Source: the human T2T-CHM13v2.0 reference genome, Homo sapiens. Taken from it: DNA of 64,000 nt. How positions within the stretch are numbered: position 1 is the stretch's first letter; every line of letters starts with the position of its first letter. Positions 27,764-42,763 of this stretch are shown here, piece after piece. A program made the position numbers and the translations under genes. The stretch lies in NCBI RefSeq assembly GCF_009914755.1, contig NC_060926.1; one strand, given 5' to 3'. The notes beneath the pieces were generated by a model. That model was not told where the DNA came from and searched no databases. It was given only the letters and a program-made list of their open reading frames with translations.

Positions 27764-28111
27764 TGGTATGGATTGAATATTTGTGTCCCTCCAAAATTCA
27801 TGCTGAAACCTAATCCCCATTGTGGTGGTAATAAAAGCTGGGTCTTAGAAGGTGATTAGGTCATGAGGGCTCTGCCCTCATGGATGGGATCAATACCCTT
27901 ATAAAAGAGGATTGAGGAGGCCTGCTTGCCCCTTCTGTCATGTGAGGACACATATAAGTTGCCATCTATGAGAAATGGGCTTCACTAGACATTACATTTG
28001 CTGATAACTTGATTTTGGACTCGCCAGCCTTCAGACCTGTGAGCAATAAATTTCTATTGTTTTTCAATTGCCTAAAGTATTTTGTTACAGCAACCTGAAC
28101 GAACTAAGGCA
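27764..28111 (+). mobile_element. MLT1A/MLT1A0-like MaLR solo LTR
   Basis: TGGTATGGATTGAATATTTGTGTCCCTCCAAAATTCAT...AATAAATTTCT...GAACTAAGGCA. Confidence 0.88.
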
Positions 28112-28122
28112 GGCTGTGTTTA

Positions 28123-28512
<390 letters not shown>

Positions 28513-28702
28513 TTAGCTTGTTAAACAATGCCCATAGATGATTCTGAGACAAATAGTCCACGGATCCCAGTTTGAGTTGACGACTGGATTAGCACAATAG
28601 GAAAATGGAAAGATGTAGGAATTGTAGTCTCTGCAATTGACACACACAAACAGAGTCAAGAAGGCAATGACATTCATTACATGCAAGTGATCGAAGAACC
28701 CC

Positions 28703-28915
28703 TAATAATGGCTAACATTCACCGGATGCATGCATTAACTGATTTAATCCTTAGAGCTAGGTTCTGTTACTATCTCCATTTATAATGAAGGCATTGAGGC
28801 AGAGAGATGTTAATTATCTTGCATAGAATCACAGAGCTATTAAGTAACAGGGTTACATTTATTTAGGCAGGTCTGCCCCCAAAGTACTTATTCTAACTCT
28901 GACACCATACAGCTT
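28703..28915 (-). mobile_element. MIR
   Basis: TAATAATGGCTAACATT...TATCTCCATTTATAATGAAGGCATTGAGGCAGAGAG. Confidence 0.7.
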
Positions 28916-29084
28916 CCAGCTAGTGTGCTTTGCTTTCAAAATCCAGATGTGTCAAGTATATACATTGGTGCTTGTTTAGTGTATGTGTGTATATGTATTA
29001 TGATAATTCATGTGGCAAAAGCATTTTCTCAGAGTTTTCCTTTAAAAAATGCATTATTTTTTAATCCAGAGAATCAATTTATAA

Positions 29085-29430
29085 CAATGCATTTGTATTT
29101 TAACAAGCAAACATATGCTATAGTAAATTCCAGCCAGGTACTATACTTAAGCACTGGGAATATAGAGATAAAGACCCGTGGGGAGCTTACAGTGTAATGG
29201 GAAAGAGAGAGCTGATCACAGTCCAGGACAATAGACTGGGCAGTCTACAGTTTGGTATTGGTGACTAGTATGGTGGAGAGCAGCTCAGCTTTAGCAGAAG
29301 TGCAGGGCAGTGGCTGGAGGTGTGTGGGGGGAAGGGGTCACGAAGCCCAACCACGACTGGACTCAGATTAAAATGATTTAGGGGACTTCACGGAAGAAGT
29401 AAGACCCATGGGGCCTTTGAAGAATATATT
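29085..29430 (-). mobile_element. L2 3' region
   Basis: CCAGGTACTATACTTAAGCACTGGGAATATAGAG...GGAGCTTACAGT. Confidence 0.6.
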
Positions 29431-29850
29431 AGAGAGTCCATGAAAATCGAAGTGGCTGCCATGTGCTCTATCCTCCTTGGATGGCACTTAGATTTCCATA
29501 CAGCCTTTCCACGCTTCATGCCACGTGACTTTGTAACCCTGGCCACAACTGCCTAGACCAGGGATTACTGCCAAACTCAAGGGCAACTGTTTAGAAAGAA
29601 GGTGAAAATCAATCCATTTGTTTGGGGAGTATGAGTGGAAGATGTACCTTGGAAGCAATAGCCAACTGTGTTTGAGGCAGCAAGATGTTAAGGGCACTGC
29701 TGTCCCAAGCATGATCCATGAGTCTGGGCCAAACTAGGAACTGTTTGTTACAGGTATTTGAAAAGGCAAGTACTGAAACAGAAATGAAGAGTTTAGAAAT
29801 TTTTGTAGTGATTGAGCATTGTCAGAACATCCAAGCACATGGCTAATAGC

Positions 29851-30206
29851 TATATTAGGGATCTGTTGACGCAAAAGAATTTATCCCAAAACGTAGTGGC
29901 TTTAAACAACAATGAACTTATGATTTCACACAATCTCTGTAGTTCAGGAATTCAGGATCTGCTTAGTTGGTTGTTTCTGGCTAAGGATCTCTTCTGAGAT
30001 TTCAGTCAAGTCGCTGGCTGGGACTGCAGCCATCTGAAGGGTAGGTTGAGGTGAGGGGCTGGGGCAGAGGGGATGTTCACTTTCAAGGTGACTCATTCAG
30101 ATGCCAGATGGTGGGAGACCTCAGTGCTTTTCTACATAGACCCTTCCATTAAGGTGCATGAGTATTCTCACAATATGATGGCTGACTTTTCCAGAGTGAG
30201 TAATGT

Positions 30207-30250
<44 letters not shown>

Positions 30251-30555
30251 AAGAAAGAGGCTACAGTGCTTTTTTTTTTTTTTTTTTTTTTTTTCCCTGA
30301 GACGGAGTCTCGCTCTGTCGCCCAGGCTGGAGTGCAGTGGCGCAATGTCAGCTCACTGCAAACTCCGCCTCCCGGGTTCATGCCATTCTCCTGCCTCACT
30401 AGCCTCAGAAGTCATGCACAGTGGCTTCTGTCATATTCCATTTGTTAGAAGCAAGGAACTAAGTGCAGTCGCCACTCAAGGGGAAGGAAGTTTGTCTCCA
30501 CCTTTTGAAGAGAGGAGTGTCAAAAAAATTGTGGACATATTTTAATGCCAACACA
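29851..30555 (-). mobile_element. MLT1F-like MaLR LTR containing (GA)n and an Alu fragment
   Basis: CCCAAAACGTAGTGGCTTTAAACAAC...GACTGCAGCCATCTGAAGG...AGCCTCAGAAGTC...GAGGAGTGTCAAA. Confidence 0.8.
30270..30398 (-). mobile_element. 5'-truncated AluY-like fragment
   Basis: Long poly(T), CpG-rich, CTCCGCCTCCCGGGTTCATGCCATTCTCC. Confidence 0.9.
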
Positions 30556-30789
30556 AAATATTTGTTTTGTTGAGCAAGGTCTAGACAAATTCGTATGTTG
30601 TGGAACTTGCACAATGAGACACGTGGTGTGACTATGAAGTAGTCATGGGCATATGGACCACTTATTACTCTACAAAAGTTGAGAAAATTTAAGAAGTGGT
30701 CCCTAAAAAAACAAAAACAAATGAAAAAAAGAGAAGTGTCCTTCATCAGGGAGTGGTTTAGAAGCACTAGCCTTGAATCCTTAAGCCAT

Positions 30790-32300
30790 AGTCTCCTACA
30801 TTTTTACTCCGAAACCAAAAGAATTTTGAAAATCTACGCACCCTCCCTTACACATTTTAAAGTTAACATCAGAAAAATTGTACTATAAGTTGAAAACATA
30901 TTAAAGAATATATTTCTGATATATAACAAATACTGACATTTGAAAGCAAATGATTACACTTCTCTTTTAAATGTATTCAGTGGAATCTAAGTAACACAAT
31001 TATTTGATATTCATTATCTCCTGTTAAAAACACATGAATAAGCCTTTTTAACTTTTGGTAATTGTATCTTTTTTCTCTTTAACTTAGTTTTCCACTTCAC
31101 CCAGAAAATATTATCTTATTAAAAACTATTTTTTACTGAAAACCTTTTCCCCATAACCCTATCATAGTTCTCTGCCAGAAAAATATGTATATAAATTGAA
31201 ATCATAGGATTACTTTTATTTTCTGTAGTTGAAAGCTCTCCATGTTAAAATTTTGGTCTGAATTCAGTTATAACAAGTATTATTAGTATACAATTGATCA
31301 AAATATTATGAACATAAATACTGATAAATAACTACTAAAGAAAAAGCAAAGTTTTATTGGAATTGCATATGTAAATGAGATGAGTAGTGCTTTTACTCTT
31401 TTTAGCTTGTGACTTCATTGGATGAAAATGACTTACTGCCAGAGTTTAGCATTAATTTTGTACCTATTTTTCATTTTTATGAATGTCTGTGCTAAGAAAT
31501 CTTGTTCTTATAAACAGGTAGGTGTTAATGTAAGTTTTCTTATTGTAATATCATCCAAATCTTTTGACTGCTTCTGGCTTATATAACCAAAATTGCATAA
31601 GGATACATCCCCATGTAGCTATAAAATTAAAAATTGTTTTTAATGATCTAGTAGCCGATAACTCAGGTTTAATTTTGTTGAAAGCAAAAAATTTAAAACA
31701 ACCCTGTCTATCAAAGGGATGTGTTATGCAGTCAGTAGAATTATTCATTTTTTGGTTTCTGGGAAAATATTAAAAAATCATGCTTATCCTTGAAGTCTTC
31801 ATCTAGTATGAAATGACTATTAATTTTATCTGGTACTCTTAAAGGCATTCCTTTTAATCCAATATGTTTAGAAAGTGTTGGAAAATAGAAATATTGTTCA
31901 TTTCAATACAATTTTACCAATATAGTATTTTTTCAAATGCTTTTGACTTCTCACATGTTTTAGAAATATAGAATGAAAACATTTAGTTTATTCAATTTAT
32001 GAAACACATCTTCCATTTGCCCTAATTGCCAAAGCTAGTTCCCTTTGTTAAATAAATTAACCAATTTGGACTTACTTTATGTTATAAAAAGTTATATTTC
32101 ATTTTTATTACAATACAGTGATACATTTATTGTATTTCATATTTTATAAAGTATACCAAACAATAAATTATATATTTATCATGTAGATGACAAATATCAT
32201 GTCAAGATTAAACTGCTGTAGGTCACTATAGTTTCTATCTTATAAGAAAAAGATAAATCAATATTCTGTTTCACGTTAATTTATTATAAAGCAAGATAAT
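30790..32300 (-). mobile_element. Charlie-type hAT transposon remnant with decayed transposase C-terminus
   Basis: Minus strand 31564-31445 translates to KDLDDITIRKLTLTPTCL*EQDFLAQTFIKMKNRYKINAK, resembling the hAT dimerization motif (P.TYLCE.GFS...IK.K.R). Ends approximate. Confidence 0.7.
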
Positions 32301-32840
32301 GTTTAGCCAAATTTATTACATTTTTAAGGAAGTAATAAATATGATAGAAAGCAGGAAATTCCTTCTGTGTATGGATATGTATTGAAGCTTTTTCTCATTA
32401 TATTTTTAATTCCCTCTTATTTTTTAAAATATTAAAACCATATTTATATGTTGTATTATAATTCTACTAGGTAATGAATTTGCATATCTCATCCTGTTTT
32501 ATTTTTCTCTGACTCTTACTCATGGTGTCTTACTTCTATTTCTGTTTTGTGATTTTTTATTGTAAGCTCACATTGGCTGTAATTCTATCAGTGGGAAATT
32601 TTTGAGGCTGGATTTGGGCATACATTCTTCTAGGAAGGATTTTTGTTGCTTCTGCAAGGTACCTATGGGCATTAAATCTGAGTCCATTTTAAATTAGGCA
32701 TTAAAGCATGGTCCATCTTAAATTGTACGTCTCTATTTTTAATTTTCAGAATTATTGCAAATAGTATAGATCTAACATGTATATGAAGGCTGGCTTGTGT
32801 CCATGTATTCACTGGGGACAAAAAAAAAAAAAGCAAAACC

Positions 32841-33165
<325 letters not shown>

Positions 33166-33759
33166 CTAGGCAATATTCCTTATTGTCTGCTTGTGCATGA
33201 AGGGGTCTTCCACCTTGTTCCACCTTTCTCTGAAGGCATATTTCTTCCTGGGTCTCACTTTTTGTATATAGTAATCTTACTTATGGCGCCTCTTCCTGCC
33301 CTGTTTGAAGGCTGTTTTTTTTTTTCAGCGCCCTCTACAGGCCAAAGACCTAATTCCTCTGGATTCATACACCTACCCAGACTGCCCATAGTTTCAATTC
33401 TCAATTGTCTATCTGGTCTGTTGTTCCTGATCTTAGTGAATTTTCCTTTCATTCTTACAGATTTGTGTAACAATTTGGAATAAACTTTAAAAAATTATTT
33501 TATAGAAAATATATATTATCTAGCACCCTTGTATGTCAGGATCCCTACTATGCTGTATTGCCAGAACCAGAAATCTTAGATGTAAATTTTGTCCATGTTT
33601 AGACAGTAGCAAGTGTTACCATGAATAGTTTGACTAGTGGATTTTATTTTGCATTTTTAGATTTTTATGTACAACTTTCCTCAATAGCCTGGTTAAAATA
33701 TCCTTAGGAAGAAAATAGAAAAAAGATTCCTGGAAGTACAAAATGATGCGTTGAAAACT

Positions 33760-34412
<653 letters not shown>

Positions 34413-36101
34413 AGAACCAGATAGAGTGATATGCAGTGGTGGGTTAAGTGCTAACAGAGGTATTGGGAAAGGCCTGTGGAAACAACTAGCCAGACGAGAG
34501 ATTGGGGCTGATGATACCATTTGATATAGTCTTGAAAGAAGACTCAGAGAGCTCCATACAGAATGCGAAGGCAGACTCTGAAGGCAGAGAAAACAATTGA
34601 GACAAAGGACTCAAAATGTAGAATGGTATGATATATAAAAGATAGCACTGGTGGAGCATGGAATATTTAGTATTTAGATTAGTTGAAAAATCAGAACTTT
34701 TGATATCAAACAATTGCTATTAGGAGAACCCAAAGTTGTCCTGAAGTATAAAGAGTTTTCTCCACTCTGCTTCACGTTCTTTAAGCGGAGTATTTTTGGC
34801 AGTAAAACAACTATGCTGAGTTGGTGCTAGGAGCTGTACAGATGCTGTTTCAAACTGTAGGTGTTCGGGGCCTCGTTTAAGAGTATCTTGGAACACAATA
34901 GATATCTAGTTAATTTCAAGAATTGTACAGGGGAAAATGAATTATCATGGAGCCACTTGGAATTGGTCCTCATCAGCCTTAGTATTTTCCTATATTCTCC
35001 TTGAAATATCAAAGCAAAACAAGATGTGGCTTTATAACTGGTTGATTGAGAAATCGCCCCTCAATGGAATATAAATACAAAATGATTTTGTTCTGGCACT
35101 GACTTCATCCATACTCCACTGAATTTCTTTTCCCATCATTTGATGATATCTTAGGCAAATTCTGTAACTTTCCAGTTATATTTTGTAAAAGCTCCAATCT
35201 CAGTCCTGTGAAAGTCTCCCCTCGCTGCCTCCTCCCAGTGCAGGCTTTGCCCATGGTTCCTAGGGCTGGCCTGGGTATGGGGCCATGCTCTGCTCACTCC
35301 CTCCTCGTGGCATTCCAGCATTGGCCCAATCTCTGTCAGGGCCACCTCCTCTGCCTTCCTCTTCTAGGCTACAATAGCTCAGCTCTTATGTGAAGAGGGA
35401 AGACTACAATAAAAGGGAAAATGTTGTTTTTCTTTTCCCCTGGATAGTGTGGATACCATCTTTTCTCTGGTGGTTTTGCTTTTTATAAGTGGAACTTGTT
35501 CCAAAGCTGGTTTTCCGTGGAGATCATGGCTGGGGCCCCCACAATCACAATTTCTTGAGAGGGGGATTCAGCTTTTGCTTGAGCTTTTAAGTCTTCCTCA
35601 GCCCACTTGGTTGTATTCCCCAAAGCCTCTTTGGTGTCTCTTTGCCTCTCTGAAGTCCTTGAGAAGAAGGGGTGAGGGAGGCTTGGTATTGGACGCTTAT
35701 ATTTGGTAACTCTAGAATGGGGGACTCTTGTTTTCAGTTATGAGTTCCAGTCTCCAGTTTTAGCACAACACAACAAAAAGTCCAGCTAAACATACTTTCA
35801 ACTGTTTTATTTCAGAGCATATTGTCCTTGGGTTATGTGAATGGGATTCTCCAATTCAACTGGGTTGTTGTTGTCAGTTCTGGTGCCGTGTTTTAAAGGC
35901 GATATTAAAAAGGTCTAATCCCCCAACCCAATAAAATTAGAGAAACTAGTTAGGGTTGCTAGATAAACTAATGATAAGATTAGAAGCTTCATCATGGATG
36001 ACACATTTAGTAAAGTATTGAATATGCTTAGCCTGGAGAATGAAAGATTCAAATGTATGATGCATTTTTAGGTAGCATAAGGATTAGAATTTGTTTCCTG
36101 G

Positions 36102-36466
36102 TGTTACGGTTTGGCTGTGTCCCCACCCAAATCTTATCTTTAATTATAGCTCCCATAATTCCCAGATGTCATGGGAGGGACTCGGTGGGAGGTAATTGGA
36201 TCATGGGGGTGGGTTTTCCCCATGCTGTTCTCCTGATAGGGAATAACTGTCCCAATAACTGATGGTTTTATAAAAGGGCAGCTCCCCTGCACACGCTCTC
36301 TTGCTGGCCACCGTGTAAGACATGACTTTGCTCCTCACTTGCCTTCTGCCATGATTGTGAGACCTCCCCAGTCATGTGGAACTGTGAGTCAATTAAACCT
36401 CTTTCCTTTATAAATTACCCAGTGTCGGATATGTCTTCATTAGCAGTGCGAGAACAGACTAATACA
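36102..36466 (+). mobile_element. THE1C/D-like MaLR solo LTR
   Basis: TGTTACGGTTTGGCTGTGTCCCCACCCAAATC...GAGAACAGACTAATACA. Perfect TSD CCTGG (36097-36101 / 36467-36471). Confidence 0.93.
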
Positions 36467-36471
36467 CCTGG

Positions 36472-36625
36472 GAAGTTACAGGACATTAATTTTGTTCTAT
36501 GTAAGAATTTCTAAAAATCAGAGCTTTCTAAAATGAACAATCTCAGGAGGTAGTGAGCTTTCTATTATTATATTAAGCATTATCTAAATACCACTTGACA
36601 GGGATGTTGTCGAGGAGTTTCAATG
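36472..36625 (+). mobile_element. L3/CR1-like 3' fragment (left part near 36015-36095)
   Basis: GCTTAGCCTGGAGAA before the LTR; GAGGTAGTGAGCT...ACCACTTGACAGGGATGTTGT after it. Confidence 0.5.
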
Positions 36626-36770
36626 ATAGGATGGATTGTAAATCATGAGTTGAACTTTAAATATCTTTTTCAATCTTTTTGTTCTTTTACTCCAGAGAAT
36701 AACACAGAATAGCTAACTACTTTAGGCCATACTTACAATTTGGAAGGTTGGTGGGATCAACACTGATTAA

Positions 36771-37067
<297 letters not shown>

Positions 37068-37499
37068 GATTCTCAGCTTTTTATCTTTTCAGTTAAGAAA
37101 AAACAATATTTGCTGTTTTTCTTATTTGGTAAAAAGCCTTACAATATTTTGATTAGCTAGAATGTATATGTATTTATTTTTAATAGGCAATACTTTTTTT
37201 TCAGGAAGTACGCTCACTTAGGTCTACTTTTTAGAGCATCATTTTACTAACATCAAGGCATTCTGGAAACTAGTTCATAGTCAAAAGTTTTTATTGGACA
37301 AAGCCTCAAAACCAAGGTAATTTGATGGTTTCAGGAAGAACACTGAGAATTATTTTTCTTCCAATATATACTATTGGTATTTCAATACTAATTCTTATGA
37401 AGCAGAGTATGATTAATATTCCATTTGGATTTTTTGAACCTGAAAAGTTATTTCAAAGGTTAATTGGAATAACCAACTAGAGACAATAAACAAACTTTT

Positions 37500-38610
37500 T
37501 GAAAATGGAGAGTTTATAGCCCTATTTATTTTATTAAAATTCTCTAATAATTAAAACAGTATAAGGCCAGTATAAAGTAAATTGAAAGATGGACAGGAAA
37601 GAATAGCTAGCTCCCTTTTGTCTGTTATGCAAAAGAGCTGAATATATTCTTAAGGAAACATCACAAATCATAAAGGCGAAGAGGACTTATTTGTAAATGC
37701 TACTTGCATACACCTACTACATTGCTAAAAATACAAGAAAGTAGAAAAAAAAGATTCAGATCTGCATTTCATACCATGTCTCAAAATACAGCCTATGTGA
37801 ATTCATTATTACTTTAAAAACTGTAACAAATCTAGACTAGAATATTTTAAATCTGAGGATTAGGACAGCTTTTAAATTAAAAAGTCATAGAAGAGATAAC
37901 ATAGGAAAAGAAAAATGTTTTCATTATGTAGAAATATAAAACATAAACAGCTTATGCAATTAAGAGGAAAAACTGGTAAAAATAATTGGCAATATGTGTG
38001 ACAAATAAGTGCTTAATTTCTTTACCAAATAGAGGTCATTTAAATTCATAAGAAAAATTGCTAAAACTAACTAGACAGAAGGCATAAACACACAATTTGC
38101 AAAAGAGAAAAATCAAATGGCAAATAAACATGGAAAAATGTTCAGCCTCATTAAGTGATAAGAATTAAAATGAGGTATAATTTTACCTTCCAAATTATCA
38201 AAGATTTAATCATTTTGAAGACTAATGATACCGATGAGAGAGAAAGCAGAGGAAAGCAGTTTGGTAATATTTGTCAGGAGCTTTAAAATGTCAGTATCCG
38301 TTGGCCCTGTAATTTGATTTCCAGAAATTATCCTGAGAAAATAATACAAAGCAAGCAAATGTTTTGCATTTTTTGCAGAATATTGGCAATCATAAAAAAA
38401 TTACAAACGACTAAGAAATTAGGCAATAGTTGAATAAATTATAGCATCTCTACATCAAGGAATATTATGCTAATACGATTCTTTCTGTGAGCAGTTTTTA
38501 ATAATATGGGAAAATGCTTATATTGTAAGGCTAAGCAAAAGGATAATATTATGTAAGTATTTGCAATATGCTTTACAAAAAAGACTAGAGGGAGAGTCAT
38601 CAAAATATTA
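37500..38610 (+). mobile_element. Ancient L1ME-type remnant
   Basis: CAAATGGCAAATAAACATGGAAAAATGTTCAGCCTCA and GGAATATTATGC; highly degenerate. Confidence 0.65.
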
Positions 38611-39929
38611 TCAAAAAATTGTCGTCAGTGCCAGAGACAATATCGCTCTACTTTGGACCATGTTGGATAAACCCAGCCAAATCCTTATTCTCTGGCTCTG
38701 TTTTCTCTCGACACCATGTGGCTTGCCACCCTTCTGTTAACTCATAATTTCCTCCATCAGATGATAATAAATTTAATTTGATTGCCTCTTTCTTTCCATT
38801 AGTGATATCAGCAGGTAACCTTGATTATGTGTGAGACATTTTGGCTTCTTAATCAGTTTTGAGACTCTCTTTAGATTTTTTTAAAAAAACACATTTGCAA
38901 ACTTTATTTGGATGAAGTTCTTCAGCAGATTACATTTTATTTTTAAGTTGGTTCTACTAGCTTTAGTTTTACAGACTATCACCCTCTCGATTGTTCCCCA
39001 AATTCTGGGGTTGTATTTATTTGGAGAAAATATATTGCTTTGTGCTGACTACACCACCTGTTATCTCTTGTTCCCCCTACTCACCCACACAAGCTTGATT
39101 TTTCCTTGTATTGGCTATCATGTTGAATTTGGCTATTTGGAGGGCTACAAGTGTGGGAGGAAATTTTCAAGCAATATGACCTAGTTTAGAAATCTGACTT
39201 TCCAATCAGAAAGGCAGGTGGGAAGATACCCTTGCTGTTTGCTCATGACATGCCATGGAATACATCACTTATCTTTTCCAAGACATTTCCTCTCCTAAGT
39301 GACATAGGTAGGGATCATGGATACATAAGACCTGCCTCTATTTCCCTGATCCTAATAGGAAAGAGGTTAGTTTGGCATGTCTTTTTCTTCGGAAACTCTT
39401 GCTGACTTCTGGCACTGTGTCCTTTCTGAGTGCTCATAAACTTCTGTTTATGGATCCTGTTTACTAACATTTACCAGGTTAGTTACTAAGATGCAATAGT
39501 ACTTTTTCCTTGTTTTTGAAAGTCAGGACATCTGCTCATCTTCGCTTTGTTCTTCATGTCTTACTCTTCAGGATTTCTCAGGGTTATCAAAATCACACCT
39601 GAGTGTTATTTTAGCCTACTGAAATGGAATTAACCTGGGTGTAGAAAACTGAATCCATTTAGCATGATTAGGTGCTTCCTTTCAAATTTACCTTGCATCT
39701 AGGTCTTCAGTTCCCTACTAATTATGTTTGTTCGCTCTGTCAGATGGAAGATCATTCTTGATGGAAAAGATAAAGCCAAAGTGAATGAAGTAATTGTCTT
39801 CTTACGTAATCTGTTTACATTAAAATATATTCTCTAGTAGATTGAAGACCTATTATGTTCTTCTTAATCTAAACATAGTTTGACGTTTTCGAGAACTCTT
39901 AGCTACTTAATGCTTCTCAGAGATTTGTG

Positions 39930-40095
39930 ACAACTTTTTTCTGTGACCTTAGACAATTTACTTAACCTTGATTTTCTTATCTTTAAGAAGGAAATAATAA
40001 TAGTGTTTTACATAATCAAGTGATTATGAAGAATGAATGAGTCAATATTTGTGAAAGGCTTTGAGAGTAAGCACCACCTATTTGTTAAATGATTA
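39930..40095 (+). mobile_element. MIR
   Basis: CTGTGACCTTAGACAATTTACTTAACC...AATAATAATAG. Confidence 0.7.
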
Positions 40096-41669
40096 TTCTT
40101 AAAAAAATAATATCTGTGTTCCTTAGAGAACCCTTGTCTCCATTTTGTATATACCATCTCTTATGTTCAGTCATTATAATTATCATAATGGAATGATCAG
40201 AATTTATTTCTTCATTAGTGAATGCTATAGAGTAGCCTCAGGTGTTTATGAAGCACATAAAATGTATTTAATCGTTTGGTGCATTCCTCAGTAAACTCTT
40301 TAAATTGTTTAATCACTTTAATTGTAGCTCACTAAATCCTCAATGGTGTTTATGAATTATAACTTTTGAAAATGTTTTTATAATCTTCATTTGGTCTGGC
40401 TTTTGAATACATTGTCTTAAAATTTTTTTTTTAAATAAGTGATACCATTCTCATTCTTAGAGAAAACAATAATGTTTAGTATAAGGCTTTTAAAAATCTT
40501 CCCCACTGATATATATTTGAATTGTAACAGAATGATTTCACTTTTATTCCCTAGGTTGTATATGATTTATAGCCCTTATTTACAAAGTGATTAGTAAGTT
40601 TATGTGCTAGAAAGTTCTGATTTTTTCTGATTAAGTAATATCAATCAATTTCAACTTTTATGTGAAGCATATTTCTTGTCTGACTTTCAGAAACTGTTTA
40701 TGTGTTCCAAACTTTCATTCTTCTATGCTAGTTTTCCAACCCTGATTAAATAACTTTATTTAATAACCAGCTTTGGTCCCTTTATTATCAACTTAGAAAA
40801 ATAAGCTAAAATGTATATATTTAGCATTTATATATTTATAATGTAATACCTACATGTCTAAATACAGAAATACACATTTTGTCTCTTTTTCCTTTACAGG
40901 ATATGTAAAACTCAATGCTTGTTCTATAGAAGAATGCATAAAATTTTTAGTGATTTAGAAAATGTATGTTTTCTTGAAGCCCTTCAGGTAGAATTTGGCC
41001 AAATAAAGAATAGAGTATCACATAAACTACTTAGGAAATGAATCATTCGTCTCTATAAAAGTAAGGGAGATATGTCTAATTCTAGTCAGGATGATGACAT
41101 GGGGCAAAATGTGCCTCTTTCTGCTGTCATTTCAAACCCATCCGAGTGAGCCAGAAAGGGAAGTGTTAACCGCACTTAATACTTAATGCTGACTGCATGC
41201 TCATGGTCTCTATGGAGAATTCCTGCAAAAGCGATCCAGGAGCACATTTAAAGTCCTCCTTTTCTTGCTCTATTCTACCTCTCTAGTCTTATGTTCTGAG
41301 ACCTCCCTGCAGGGGCCTGACATTTTGGCTAAATTATTTCCTACTTTCTAAATCTATTCCCATGCCTGCTGCTATCCATAACTTAATCAACAATGAAGCT
41401 TTACTAACTAGCACACTAATGTCAAAATTTTTTTTTAATTGGTGAAACTGGTGACTTGTTAATTAGCATAACAAATGATGGAAAAGGGGGCTTACTGGTG
41501 AAATTAAAAGTATTCAATATATGTAGATTGGCTAAAATACTTTAAAGACACTGTCTCTACCCTTGCATGAATAGAGTTTCAGAATCTGGCAAGGTTTGTC
41601 CTGTCCCCTTTGAGATGGTGCCAAAGGCTTGCTCCATAATTGTTTCTGTATCCAGCCATTGGTTTCAGA

Positions 41670-41889
41670 TAGGGTTTCTCAACCTCAGCACTATTGACAT
41701 TTTGGGCAAGATAATCGTTTGTTGCAAGGGTGTTGTCCTGTGCCTTGTAGGATGTTTAACAGCATTTCTGGCCTCTACCCACTATACACCAGTAGCATAC
41801 TGCCTTTTTCTCCCCATGACAATGAAAAATGTTTCCAGACATTGCCAAATATCCCCTGGGAGCAAAGTCACCCCAGTTGAAAACCACTT
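41670..41889. mobile_element. MER20 (hAT-Charlie)
   Basis: GGTTTCTCAACCTCAGCACTATTGACATTTTGGGC...CCAGACATTGCCAAAT...GTTGAAAACCACT. 8-bp TSD GTTTCAGA/GTTTAAGA. Confidence 0.92.
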
Positions 41890-42681
41890 GTTTAAGAGGA
41901 TTTCTGCTTGAATAATCCTGACTAGAAGAAATAGAATCCTGCCTAGGGTGTGTGGCCATCTTCCTGCAGGAATGTGTCACACAGGGATGGAGAACCTAAA
42001 GGATAGCTGTCACTTCCCAAGTTGCAGAGTAGGTCATCTGATTAGTTTGTGTCTGCTATATTTATGGATTCTTATGTAGACCATCTCTGTCTGGCATACT
42101 AGATCTGAGCCTTGATTTAATTATAACCTACTAGTGAGGTTGATGGTAGCTAGCCAACCCTCTCCACCACAGACTTCTTTGGTGGCTTCTGTGATTTACC
42201 ATAAAAAAAAAAAAAACTAAGAGTGTGGACCAAATTGGCTTTGGCTGATTCACCAAAGACTCAATATCCACACAAGAAGTAGACAGGCACTACTTTATTG
42301 GAAAGAAATCTTAGTGGAGGTATGCTGGGCCATGGAGAGCCAATCCATGATGTGTTGAGATTTAGTAAACCCCATTCTCACCCACAAGAAGTAAAGGCAG
42401 TACAAGGGGACTCCCAGTGGTTTCCTCCAGACCAGGGACTGCACCAATCCAAACTTCGTAGACTCTGCAGATTTGGTAACTTTCCAACTGTATTAGTCCA
42501 TTTTCATGCTGCTGATAAAGACATACCCCAGCCTGGAAAATTTACAAAAGAAAGAGGTTTATTGGACTTACAATTCCATGTGGCTGAGACGGCCTCACAA
42601 TCATGGTGGAATGTGAAAGGCACATCTCACATGGTAGCAGACAAGTGAAAAGAGAGCTTGTGTAGGGGAACTCCTCTTTTT

Positions 42682-42763
42682 TTTTTTTTTTTTGAGACAG
42701 AGTCTTGCTCTGTCGCCCAGGCTAGAGTGCAGCGGCACGATCTCAGCTCACTGCAAGCTTCGT
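42682..42763 (-). mobile_element. Severely 5'-truncated AluY-like insertion in the THE1 LTR
   Basis: Poly(T) plus ~70 nt of Alu 3' end (CACTGCAAGCT). 16-bp TSD GGGAACTCCTCTTTTT (42666-42681 / 42764-42779). Confidence 0.92.

Larger units (their letters stand above)
29695..30770. mobile_element. hAT-Charlie-type non-autonomous element (MER119-like, subfamily uncertain) split by MLT1F
   Basis: GAACTGTTTGTTACAGGT...GTTTAGAAATTTTTGTAG...ACATCCAAGC; resumes TGTTGAGCAAGGTCTAGAC and ends GAAGCACTAG. Confidence 0.55.
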
